64,000 nucleotides of DNA from Bispira polyomma (lineage: Eukaryota), in the NCBI GenBank assembly GCA_965649765.1, contig OZ287751.1, positions 65,782,001 through 65,846,000 on the forward strand. Reading direction: 5' to 3'. The notes under the pieces are model-generated. The model was not told the origin of the DNA. It worked only from the letters and a program-made list of their open reading frames with translations, and ran no database searches. Of the stretch, positions 26,195 to 38,450 are shown piece by piece. The number at the start of each line of letters is the position of its first letter. The first letter of the stretch is position 1. Both the position numbers and the translations under genes were made by a program.

Positions 26195-29100
26195 TTAGCA
26201 GGGTCCACCATACTGCAGAGCATACAACAGCCAGGGGTGGGTACAATTAACCTTAGGAGGGGGCCAAAAAGGTAATGCTGCAGGGAAAATTAAGTCAAAA
26301 AGGGGGGATGGGGATATTGATGTGGTAGTAAAAAACAAGTTTTGCTGGCCTCAAGAGGCTATACTAGGTGGCACTACCAGGCAATGTATATCCTATGATC
26401 ACCTGTCATTGACCCAGTGTGTCCAAGGTTTTAAGAAAAATATTGTAGAGGAGCACGACTCTGACAAAGAAAAAATGTTGTACATGTCTGATTTAATGGA
26501 TCTCGTGGCAAACTGCTAAAGCTGTGCAGGCAGTACTTTTATGTGATATGGAGAGGGGGCACTAAAATAGGAAGATTCCCACAGAATGGATCGCATTCGA
26601 AGGGCTTATGCCCAAAAACATATAGTACCAACCAAAAATAACTGGGGAAAAACTACTGATGCTAATCGCAAGCACTGGTATTGTAAGCCCTATAGACTGG
26701 TTCATGCAGCCAGACAAAAGATCACGAGAACGGGGGTAAAATTCATAAACATATATGTGCGTCTTCCCTGGGAAGAGGTAGGTGAGTGGTCATCCATAAA
26801 AGAATTGTATGTGTGGTAAAAAAATTTTCCATTCGAAAAACAAGTAGCCAGCTGCTCAACGTTCTTTTAAAAGGGGGGCAGCAATGTAAATAGCAGAAGT
26901 AACACGGGCCTTCCACGCAAGGCAGAACCAAAAGTGGTGGGTAATGTAGTGAAGAAAAAACAATGTGGTGTGTCATAATAATGTTGGTCAAATATGCCTT
27001 ACACGAGGTGTAGCTCAAAGGGGTGTTAAATCCAACAATCTCAGTAACATATCACCAAGTCAAAATAGGGCTCAGGTATGTGAGTTTTATAGAACTAGAT
27101 GTTCTTATAATTCAAACAAGTCACACAAACAAGTAGAAGCAGTGTTAGCATGTAAAATAATGACTGGGTCAGGTGTATGCATTCCCAGAGGGGACAAGTC
27201 AGTAAACAAATTATAACACACAACAGAAAAAAGGGGTTCTTCCAAATTGGCAAAGGCCACAATAAACAATGCATGTGTCACCGAGATGGTTGTAAAACAA
27301 ACGGAACCTCTAGTGGTTACTACAAATAGTAGTGATGTAGTAAGTAGGTGTACTGGGGGGAGTGCACAAAAGACAAAACAAGGGGAAATACAATTATCCC
27401 ATTGTGTGGGCGGGAGTGAAAGTCAAGAACAATACACGTGTCAAACTGTCTGCGAAGTAAGTGGGAAAGGGACTGAAGAGGCTGATTGCAATTTAAGTGG
27501 GACAAAGGGACATTACACAATAGCTAGTTAATTGAAACAAGCCCTTTGTTTGACATTAACAGACATGAGCATGACGACAAGTTTGTTCACTCCATTCTCT
27601 ACAACAATAGGGACTTGACGGGACATGTAGACAAGTGTTAGTGCACGAATTGTGGCAGGAGCAAACACTTTAATTATGGCTTTGTTCCTCAATCAGGGGA
27701 CCATGGTGGCCTAGTGGTTGGCAAGCATTGCGCTTTAAAATCACTGATCTCTCACCTCTTGGCGGCGTGAGTTCGAATCCCGTCGATGCCTATGTGGGAA
27801 AAGTGGTAGTTCCTTACTGTGGGCCGCTGGTTTCAGTGCAGAACCTTGATCAACTGTATTCAGTGTTTCCTCCAGCGTTTCCAACTACCCGTCCCAATAT
27901 AACCTAAACAGGTACTAGAGTGGACGTTAAATATCCAAATTCAAATTCAATCTATGACCATAGAAATGCTGACTTTGTCTTATAAAGAGACGCTTTCCTA
28001 ACAGGGTTGGGGGCAGATGGAAAAACTTGGTATATCATCTTGGACTAGACAGGGGTTACAAAAATTTGAGTATAGTGCCCTTAGAGATGATTAATATTCT
28101 GTTGACACTAAGATTATTTTATGGACAGTGGACTGGGAAAAGAGTGTTGATAAAGTGTGACAATGATGCAGTGGTAAAGGTTCTGCAATCAGGCAAGGCT
28201 AAAGACCCCTTCCTGGGGGCCTGTGCTAGAAATGTTTGGTATCTAACTGCTTTGGTAGATGTGGCAGATCTACATTACATACATGTGTTAGGAAAACTTA
28301 CTGTCTAGATGGCAAAATGCTGTTGAGAATAACAAAATTGTTAATATATGTTGAACAGCCAGTAAGGCTTCCAGTGTCGGTTGACATGTTAGAACTAGAT
28401 AACGATTTATAAGATATTAAGTTTAAAACCTAGAACTAATGATACTATACTTTGTTGTAGGTGACAATATGCTGGCCAAACTTTCTGGTCAGTCGAGTGC
28501 AAGACTGCAGAAGGCATTTCGACCAAAGACTCAGCAGCGCTAACATGTTGTTTAAAACATTTGTGTCATTTTATAGTTATGTAAAAGTTGAGTTGTCCGA
28601 TATTAACCTGGAAGTAGTGTTAGCCTTCTTGGAATGCCTGGTGGTTAGTGGAGTCCACATGATAAGTGATTATATCTCAGCCATAAAGGCAAAATGTATA
28701 ATGCATAACCTTCCTTATCAATGCTCAGACCAACCCAAGGTAAGATACTTGTAAAAGCAGTTAGGATAAATAGGCCAGTGACAGTAACTCGCAGAAATAT
28801 AATGGATGTACTGTAAAGATTAATTCATTATGTGAGCAAATACATCAAGGCAAGGTCTACAAGGCTGTGTTTTTACCAATTTTCTTTGTTTTTTAGGGTC
28901 TCAAATATTGTGACTGATTCATTACAAACTTTTGATAGTAACAGGCATTTTAGCAGGTGGGGATATTTTCTTCACTAGGTCTATTGTCAAGGTTTTAATA
29001 AAATGGACCAAAACAATGGAAGACAGAAATAAGGTGACTCACACCTTTGCCCATAAAAAGCCCTGCGTGATGTATTTCAGCTATATAACCCTCAACAACA

Positions 29101-29770
29101 TGAGCCCTTATTATAGTGCAGAACTGCTGCAGGTTGGCAAGTGCTAACGGATACCTGACGTTCAGGTGCTACATTTTCTTCTACTGCAAATGTACCAATA
29201 CAACTAATTAAATATCATGGCACCTTGACATCTGATTGCGTGTGGAGGTACATCCAGGCGGATCAAAGCTTCGGGAGCAAGTAGCTCGTTCTTTTCATTC
29301 TATATTAGCATAATGGCTATATAAATGCAGCACTACACTACTGTTGGGCTTGAGGGAAATTTTACTGTTATGTTATGCTATTACTGTTCATTAAATTTAC
29401 TTACTTGTCAATATATTCAAAATTATGCACGTGTTAATGTTACCTTAAATTGTATTATTAAATGTTAAATCAAGGAAACATTAAGGTCCCCTTAAAGTGA
29501 CGTTAAACCAACCTTAACTAGAAATATTGAGTGTGAAGTTAAGGTTACCAGAAGACATAATGTACCAATTAAAGGTTTATCAGTATACATAATGTACTAA
29601 TTCAATGTGTATAACTAACTTAACATGTATACTTCATGGATCTGTAAATGTATTGTAGTAGTAGTAGCAATAACCTAAATTTTATGTATAATAAAATAGT
29701 AAGTTCAATTCATGTGTTTTGAGTGTTCTTCCCCTAGGGTTGGTGGGGCCTGTCATATTCTTGCAACTAA
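26195..29770 (+). mobile_element. DIRS-type YR retrotransposon #2, degenerate, RT deleted
   Basis: Gag (GKIKSKRG, WPQE.ILGG, YDHLSLTQCVQGF) 26200-26847; RNase H (LEMINIL, KCDNDAVV) 27955-28410; YR (RL..AF...T, IKWTKTM, HGT.TSDCVWRY) 28461-29310. Ends are approximate. Confidence 0.88.
27696..27948 (+). mobile_element. tRNA-derived SINE
   Basis: A box TGGCCTAGTGG, B box GTTCGAATCC, (AAATTC)n tail; near-identical to 32787-33038. Confidence 0.92.
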
Positions 29771-29952
29771 AAGCGCCATTTGAAATTTATTGAGGAAAGT
29801 AATTTTGTAAGCAGGTGGGTAATAGAGCTGCTTTAAAAAAGTTTGTGATGTTATTTGAGATGTGTACTGATAGTGTTTTTGTAATGTCTATAGCTTTCAG
29901 TATGTGTTTAGAAAAAAAATATTGGCTCTCGGGTAAAAAAGGCCTTCTTTCT

Positions 29953-30190
29953 GAATTTGAATTTATTGGGTTTTATGTTGCTTTGAACAGCTTAGATCAT
30001 ATCCAGGTCATTAGCTTAGGTCATGACGTGGCCAGATTCAACAGTGGAGGAAACCAATGCAATAGCACTTTAAATCGCTGCACTATGCCTAATACCTAGC
30101 AAAGTTTGCCACACAAAAGAACAACCCCTACTAGTGAAAGACCAGTGATTTTGAAGCCAACACTTTAAATCACAAGGCCACAGCGGCTCC
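29953..30190 (-). mobile_element. Diverged tRNA-derived SINE
   Basis: Reverse complement starts GGAGCCGCTGTGGCCTTGTG..AAATCACTGG and ends in an (AAATTC)n tail, like the 27696/32787 family. Confidence 0.65.
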
Positions 30191-32786
30191 TGTTCAGAAT
30201 ATATATACCTATCTTTTTGAAAAAACATAGGCTTGTTTGCATTCCAGGTGATGGCCACATAAATACTATCCTCCATTAAACTTGAGACATCCATGACTGA
30301 CCTGACAATTGCCTTGCCATGGTCAACACATATTCCTCAACAAATCTGCAAAATTCACAGCTCACGTTTTGAAAATCAGTTTACAACATGTAAAAAGTTT
30401 TATACTCTGTGATGAGGAATTTACACAGATTCAGTTGTACACCTGAAATTAACTTTGCCTGCTAATAAATACGCACATGCAAATCATGCTGCAATGACAC
30501 TACCTTTGCATTCCAGATATTAAGGTTGAACATCACTCTAATGCTTTTGGCAATTGTCATCATGGTCGATATTGATGTTTTCCCACATCCAAGCCCATCA
30601 CACACCTGAAAATTTATATGCTATTTGTCCTTGATATGCTTTAACGTAGAACAATACTCTTTAAAAGTGACTCTGATTCACAAACCTTACATTAAAATGA
30701 ATGTGGAAGACTATCGTTTTACAAAACACTGACCCACCTCCAACATTATTCTGAAGATGCCTCTATTAAATAAAATTACATTATCACAGGGATCTGTCCA
30801 AGAAATAAAAATTTAAAGCGATCTTATCTCATTGTGAACACTTTTTTTCTACACTTGATACATTATTATTAAGCTTCCAAATGAGTATTCAAAGCATGTG
30901 TGGGTTTACTGGTGACTCAACAGGATGAAGTGGCATGTTGTAGGACTTCTAGATTGGCATGTTTACTTTACTTGATGAAACCATACTTTTAGAAAAAAAC
31001 AAATATGATATTCATCTGGCTATTTGCTAGTTTTGTATAAATTAACCAAATTAGAGTAATTCATGAGTAATTGTAAAGAGTTAATCCATTGACATTTGGA
31101 ATTAAGTTGTTTTTTTGTAATATTATTTTATGCTGCAAGATTTTCAAGAAATTAGAGAAAAGGAAATTATGTAGTAGCTCTTTTATTAAAATTAAAACAA
31201 ATTTTATCTGAATCAAGAACTTGATCTTCAAGGATATTGCAGAAACTGGTGCTGTTGATAATGTGTAAGATCTTGGAAGTTTTTAACACATAACTGGAAG
31301 TGCCCAAATTGAATGTCATTCCTTTCTTTATTCGTTCTTGTGGTTTTCTTTTTTTAACATTACTAAACAGTGGAACCATAGAAAGTGCTTTTCTTTAAAA
31401 TACACAGCCCACCTAAAATTATTTCACATTGCCAAATATATGACTTATATTTTAAATGTAAAAAAAAACAGTTTGGAAATACAGACGTAAATAAGTACCT
31501 TTGAGTTTAAAGGATTTTATAAATAAACCCTTTTAAGGAGGCTTGCGGTAAACCCTTTGGATGGTGTACTAATATATTGAATATAGGATATATATATAAA
31601 AAAACAATAATTTAGGCCAAAAAAAAGTTGTTGCGGATATTTTTATTCATCAGTTTACAACCATTTAGTTTAGAATTTTTTCCTCAAAATCCCTGCCTTC
31701 CACTGAGTATCATTCATATCTTCTCGAGTATCATGAAATACACCGTACTCAGCTAAAGTGGTAAAATAATTAGGTTAACAGTTTGTTTATGTCGTCTTTA
31801 AGATAATACATTTCTATCAAAAAGGGCACCTTTCAGGGTTTGCTGTATTCCGTCCTAAAGTGCTTGTAAAATATTGGTAATTTTATTTTTCGTCACTACA
31901 GAGAAAATCTCCATTCTGGGTCAGTAGATATCATTTGTGTATCCTTAAAAGAAGTAATTTGTCAAGAACTGACATCCTGTGTAAACACAGAAGACTGAGT
32001 AAATCCTTATCACTGTTGTCATCAAGGTTCAATACAGTAATATTAGAAAATTTTGCTATTTTCAGAGATGTTGAGATCTTGTTAATATAACGCATGAAAA
32101 TGTGAAACCTATATGAAAAATGGTATTGCACCCTTATGATGAAATGTGATATGGTGTATCTTCACATAATGTTACACATTTTTTTTTTACTTAACTCCTG
32201 CAAACTGTATATATGAGAAACTGGTACTTTTATCAGAAACATATGAAGTTCATTCACCTGAAGAAATAAATTACATTCTGAAGCTAAAGAAATTGTTGCT
32301 AATTTTACAGTCAAAATATACCCGAATAAATGCATCATTATGTCTTTTGTCATTTTACTTTGAAGGCTCCATCCATTAAAGGTTTTTATGCTTTCCAATT
32401 TGAACTTAAAATAGGAAATGAGAATGGGTATGTATTTTGACGAAACCTTGACATAAATTACAATGGTGCCTGGAAATCAATGCAAGAGGTAAACTGTCCT
32501 ATTCAGATTGACGCGTACCTTTTGTGCACTTGGTGACTTCTAGCGAATCTAATTGGTATTTGCAAATGTCAGATGTGGTTTCAATAATATATTTTTAGCA
32601 TCCCATGCTTTATAACAAAAATAATTATATTGCATAAAAATCAACTTACCTAGTCCTTACATTGCTTTAGTTTGTGGCCGCCACCTGGACCAAGGTCATA
32701 TAGTCAAAAAAGCTATCACCCTACCCTAGCCTGTGATTCAGTGGTGTACTTATGTTAAAAACCATAACTATGTCAAGTACAAAGCA

Positions 32787-33038
32787 GGGGCCGTTGTGGC
32801 CTAGTGGTTAGCAAGCATTGCGCTTCTCAATCACTGGTCTCTCACCTCTGGGCGGCGTGAGTCGAACTCCCGTCGATGCCTATGTGGGAAAGGTGGTAGT
32901 TCCTTACTGTGGGCCGCTGGTTTCAGTGCAGAACCTTGATCAACTGTATTCAGTGTTTCCTCCAGCGTTTCCAACTACCCGTCCCAATATAACCTAAACA
33001 GGTACTAGAGTGAACGTTAAATAGCCCAATTCAAATTC
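32787..33038 (+). mobile_element. tRNA-derived SINE with ~12-bp TSD
   Basis: Same family as the 27696 copy; flanked by duplicated AAGTACAAAGCA. Confidence 0.93.
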
Positions 33039-33834
33039 AAGTACAAAGCAGGTGTAAAGATGACCTCCTTTGTGTCCTTGCAATATTTTTGAACCCCGCT
33101 GTGTACACTTTGTATGAATTATTTTGTGAAGCTTTCCATTTTGGATGGAATTATGGCTGAAGAGAAGTGCTACAAAATGATGTTTTGCAGAATTTTAGTT
33201 CTTTTAGGAAGATTATGAATTTAGAAGTTTGCTTTTTTTTAACACAACAGGAGGGTCCAGTCGATCTTGTATCTTCTTATGTACCAATAGACATTTTGTT
33301 TACAATGCTATGTACCTAGCAATATAGTGGGGCGTATTCGATTGTTGTGCTCTTTCTCAGCAAAAAGTGATCTTTTTGTCATCGGAAGATTCTGGACTGA
33401 GGTCGTCTTCATATAAGTTTAATGCAGTTCTAGCACTTCATTGGAGAGCAAGTTGGAGCTAATCGCCTTAAAGCCCCGATTTTTGAAGCCATAGAATAAA
33501 AGCTCTTGGAAAGTCATATCGTGGAGGTGTAGCATTGAAATTCTTTATGTAAGAACTAAGTAAGTATTTTTATTAATGAAAATTCCAATTCTAATAAAAA
33601 ATTTAAAGTTGCTTTAGGGAATTAAAAGGTGTCAATTGTCAACCAATTAAGTCTGTGTTGTTTGATAATGCATTTTATGAGTTATGGACATGTTAAAACA
33701 CCAATAATATCTCCTTAAAAAAACTCTAAAATATATAACACTAAACCTATGCCTACATGCATCAGACTTTTTTTTATCCCAGAACTTACAATGCAGCAAC
33801 TTCCATGTGTCAGATGAGATCACATGTCCGAAGA

Positions 33835-34670
33835 ATCTTTAGATTTTTCTGGTCAGGGAGCAAAAAAAAATCTGCAAATCTGGTTACTTTTGGGGGTATT
33901 TTACGGCAGTATGTATTTTGTCTTACTCTAATGGTGATATTTCTCACAATTAGCTTCATGGATTTAAAGTGGGGTGGATGAGGTGTAACTCTATAAAAGA
34001 CTGCCAACACAAACCTAAGACTTATAAAAACTCACGATCTGTAATCTTAAAATGGAATGAAGCTTTAACTATATTCCATCAATTTCAATGAGGATTTTTT
34101 TGCCCAGGGAGCGAAAAAACATTGGAAAATCTGGTCAATTTTTGGGGGGTATTTTGGGGCAATATGTATTTTATCCTAGCTTACGCTTCCTTTCAGCATG
34201 TTTTTCTCGGCCGATTTTTTCCCTCATTACACAATACTACCAAGTGCTTCCTTTCATCATATTTCTAACAGATCAATCATCGGACATCGGGCGACGACTG
34301 TTAGACCAACATAGTTTATCGGTCAGGGTGTGAAAAAAATCAGGAGTTCTGTACGATTTTTAAATAAATATTACAAAAAAAAGTTATTTTATTTTACATA
34401 GAACATATCAGATGAAAGGAAGCGCTACATTGGCTGATGTCGAATGAGCTCGGACACCTACAAATTCGCCGACGTCAGAATTTGCTGAAAGGAAGCATGG
34501 GCTTACTCTAATTGTGATAATTCTCACAATTTGCTTTACAGATTCAAGAAAGGGTGGATGGGGGTGCAGCTCATATGGCCATAAAGGGCAGCCAACAAAA
34601 ATCTGAGACTAAATACTACATCAAGGTCCATAATCTCAAAAGGGAGTCAAGCTTAAACCCAGACTCAACT
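33835..34670. repeat. Two diverged ~260-bp tandem units, the second interrupted by a MITE (34178-34503)
   Basis: Repeated aatctgg..ttttgggggtatttt..tatgtatttt..ttactctaat..gtgat..ttctcacaatt; inverted repeat GCTTCCTTTCAGCA (34185-34198) / TGCTGAAAGGAAGC (34483-34496). Confidence 0.7.
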
Positions 34671-37600
34671 ATAAAAATGTGAAGGCTCTTTTCATTTAAT
34701 AAGGCTTTTCAATGCTGAATTTAAATATAAAGGCATAATTTAACATGATTTGGGTTACTTATGTGTACATGATTCAGGTTACCGTCCAACGATTGGTCCA
34801 GAAGATCTAGATGATGCATTTATTAAATTACTCAAAACTATTCAGGTGTGACTGATACAATACATACGTGTTCCAGCAATGTTTTTGTGTTGTGTTATGT
34901 TTCTAGTGTAAAATAGGTAGGCGTGAGATTTATGTATGTTTATATAGGAAGGAAAGTATGTCTTTGAGTATATAACATGGTAAAAATTGTGAAAAAAGTA
35001 TTTGTATTTTGCATTTGTAAAAAATTGTGCCTTATTGGTGAGAGGCATCTTCTAATGCGCAAGAACAGAATCAATTAACCAACAGAGAAGTCCAAAATAC
35101 GTAGCTAAGTTCACAAGGAAGGATGTGGGTGTAGAGTGAGGAAACTAAGGACGGGTAAGTGAGTAATTTTATAATACAGGCATAGTGTAAAAAGAACACT
35201 CTCAAGGCAAATTCTATTTATAATTGTCTGTGTCTCTTGCTACACATGCCAGGGAGATAGTAGATTGGACATTTCCTGAACTCCACACCTACATATATAC
35301 TTACTGTAATGAAAAGGTTACTTTCCCTTTTTGAGCCAATTGTACTTTGTTATCATTTTATGTTCTCCTGTAGTTTTTAGTACCTTTAACACTTACTCTG
35401 GTTTCTATTACTTGTCCATTATAGATAACTGTTCTATCTATAGCTTCAAGATTTCCTCTTGTCTCTAAAACGCTGGCTTTTTAAATAGAGTACACCACCT
35501 GTGACTGTTATAGCAGGCAGTCCAAGTAGAGGAAATAGACACAGCTAAGGTGTGGGTGCAAGGCCTCCATTCTAGATGATATTCTCCCTTTTTTTGTCAG
35601 TCTGGACGTCTGCTTCGCCTCTGGTGTAAACATGTCAATTACAAGCTTTGCTACTTATAGGAGGAAAGATGGGATTCTGTGGCATTGCGTTTTTTTTTCT
35701 TTTCAAAACATGTTTGTCTGATTATCTTTTCTGTTTTACAATAATGTAATAGGCTGACTGTTCATTAATGGTGTTACTAATATCTAGAGAAGCCCACATT
35801 GGTGAGAGTAAATCTGGAGAGTAATGTCATAAATCTGGAGTCAGTTCACAGAAAGTCAGTCTGGTGATAATATTAAATGTGGTTTTCATTCCTTAGTGTA
35901 TGGACAATACAAATGCCGCCTATGTATCTTTGTGTAATTAATACTTATTTCAAAGTATGCCAACATTACATATAATGTTGGTAATAGTCACAAATTTATA
36001 TGGAAAATAATGAACACTTGTTGGATGCTGTGTATGTGTTTTTAAAAGAAGCCTTTGTAAACGCAACCCTGCAATATAACTTAATCACCTGCGACAAATT
36101 GTTGTTTAAGCTGTGGTAAAGGCAAGAAATAAATCTCAACATGAAATGTATCCAATAAAAGAATTTTTTAATAGCTACAACTAAATGCAAGGCCTGTCTA
36201 CATACTTCGATCTATACTTTAAACACTGTAAATGCGGTGTTAAAACCAGGAGAGGAACTGTCCAAAATAACTTCCTTGAAGTTCCTGTCCAGGATCCACA
36301 GATCAAAGGTACCCTTCGACAAAAGTTTTGCATTTGATGGTCCTATCATTTGGAATTATTCATCTCATTGCATCAGCACAGCTCCTACATCACATTTCTT
36401 CAGTCGCAGATTATTTTGTTTAATGATGCATTTCGTCCATAGATGTCTCCTGCTCATTTCAGTTGATCCTCTGTTAATGATTTTTTCCATTTGATCAATT
36501 ATGATTTTTGGATACTGACTACCATTCAACCTGGCAACTTATAATTAGTTTTTTGTTACAATTATATGATACAATGAATAAACAAATGCATATGTAATTG
36601 TAATTACAATGAAGGCATAACATGTGATGATACAGTTCTCAATTTCATGATATACCTGTAAATAACTACTTCGATATAGCACTGTTATAGCATATCTGAA
36701 ATTATATAATACAATGGTTCAACAAACGCATATGTAATTACAGGTGGAGCATACAATGACATACAATGCACCAAATGCAGAAAATATCTGTCAATATTTC
36801 AAATATAGAGAATTATTTCAAAAACTTACAGTATCGCATATCAGGAGCACCTTATAATTGGATAAAATCAAAAATATGGCCAAACAGTTTGATGATAATA
36901 ATGGTAATAAAAAGGTGTTATGATCCATTTTTGGCCACTATTTTTAGTGTGTATGTTTATCTCTTGGCCATTATTTTTCCTATAGCTTCGTAATTAGCTA
37001 TAAACAACCAAAACAAAAAGGGTTATATCCAGTTTCAGCAAATACAGTTTTCTTTTGTGTTTCTTAATGTTATTGATTAAAAACTGCACTTAGAAACAGG
37101 GTATAATAAGTACTACAATCAGTAAAATGAATTAACTAAAAATGATAGCATGATAAAAAATAAGAATAAATGAAGATTATACATTCAGAAAGTCATTTTT
37201 TAAACAAAATATTTTTTAAGAAATAAATAATTTTTTATACTACTGCTAAATTAGTCAGAATAGAAATACGTGCACTACAGTAGCTTTTTATTTTATGAAG
37301 GGAAAAATATGTTATTGTCTGAAAAACAGATCTGCTATTAATAGTTTGTTTGTTTTTTTCCTGACAGATGAAACCTACTCGAAAGGAAAAGAGCTTGAAA
37401 TGTTTTGGGTGTCAATTAATCTCCCTTTTTTCTCCATTGATATTAAGAAAAACACACCATGTGCCCGCCCCGCTTGAGGTGTCGACGACTGTAAATATGC
37501 TTAGAATTTTGCCATCATTTTCCTAAATATTATTTAAATATAATGCCAACAACCTTTATGGTCTACATTTGATTCTCATCATTCTGGGTATAGAATAACT

Positions 37601-38059
37601 TTATAATTGATTATCCTTTTATTAACAACTTTGGGTAAAGTTAAAAAAAATATTATGACTAACTTTGTGGTAAATTTAGAGGGTAGCATACCTTGGTTGG
37701 GTTACTGTAATTTGCCAAAGCCAGTATAATCACCTTTAGTAAACTTGCGTCAAGAAAGGCCCTCTTTTAACTAACAACCACAAGAAAAAATAACTCCACT
37801 GAGTCAGTCTTACAACTAAGTGATTAAGTGATCTGGGGCGGAAGTGTGTGCTGTCTAGGCAGAGAGCATGTGTGATTGGGACACAACTTTAACAACCTGG
37901 AGGGTGCAGAGGGGCAGAAATAATGCCGGAAATAGGAAGATGGGGTGAGGTGTGTAGTAGGTAGGGTGTGACATGAGAAGGGTCAGGGGTGGTGGAGAAC
38001 TGTCCTGGTTAGAGGAACAACAGAGGGTCGGGCTAAGAAGAGCAAATAAAAAAAATTAG

Positions 38060-38450
38060 TTGGGATTTAAGTCACATTTAACATCTTATGTCACATTACG
38101 ATGGCGTTGGTTGGAGAGAAACCAGTGCTCTAGCACTGTACACTACTAACCTATAGCAAGTACCTCACAAACTTTCCACAATCCAAAAACAAACAGGATT
38201 TGAACCTACATTGATGAGAGGCCATTAATTATGAAGCGACCGCTTCTACCCACTGGCCTTCCACCTGTATTGTCCCAGTTCGAATCTCGCCTGTGGCTTT
38301 AAGTGGGAAAATTGAAAGTGGTCACTGGTTTACAGTGTAGAATCTTGACTACCTAACTAGTATACACTGTGTTTGCTCCAGCGCTGAAACTGCCTATCGT
38401 GATGTAACCTATACATTGTGTGAAAAGAAACATTAAACTTAAAATCGAAT
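38060..38450. mobile_element. Two diverged SINE copies in opposite orientation
   Basis: Minus copy (~38060-38260) and plus copy (~38270-38450, GTTCGAATC B box, gtgggaaa core) resemble the local SINE family. Confidence 0.55.

Noticed and set aside
27696-27790. tRNA gene (also at 32787 and ~61050)
   Set aside because: A/B boxes are present, but the head continues into a shared non-tRNA body, and the first two copies have a repeat tail and TSD-like flanks; these are SINEs.
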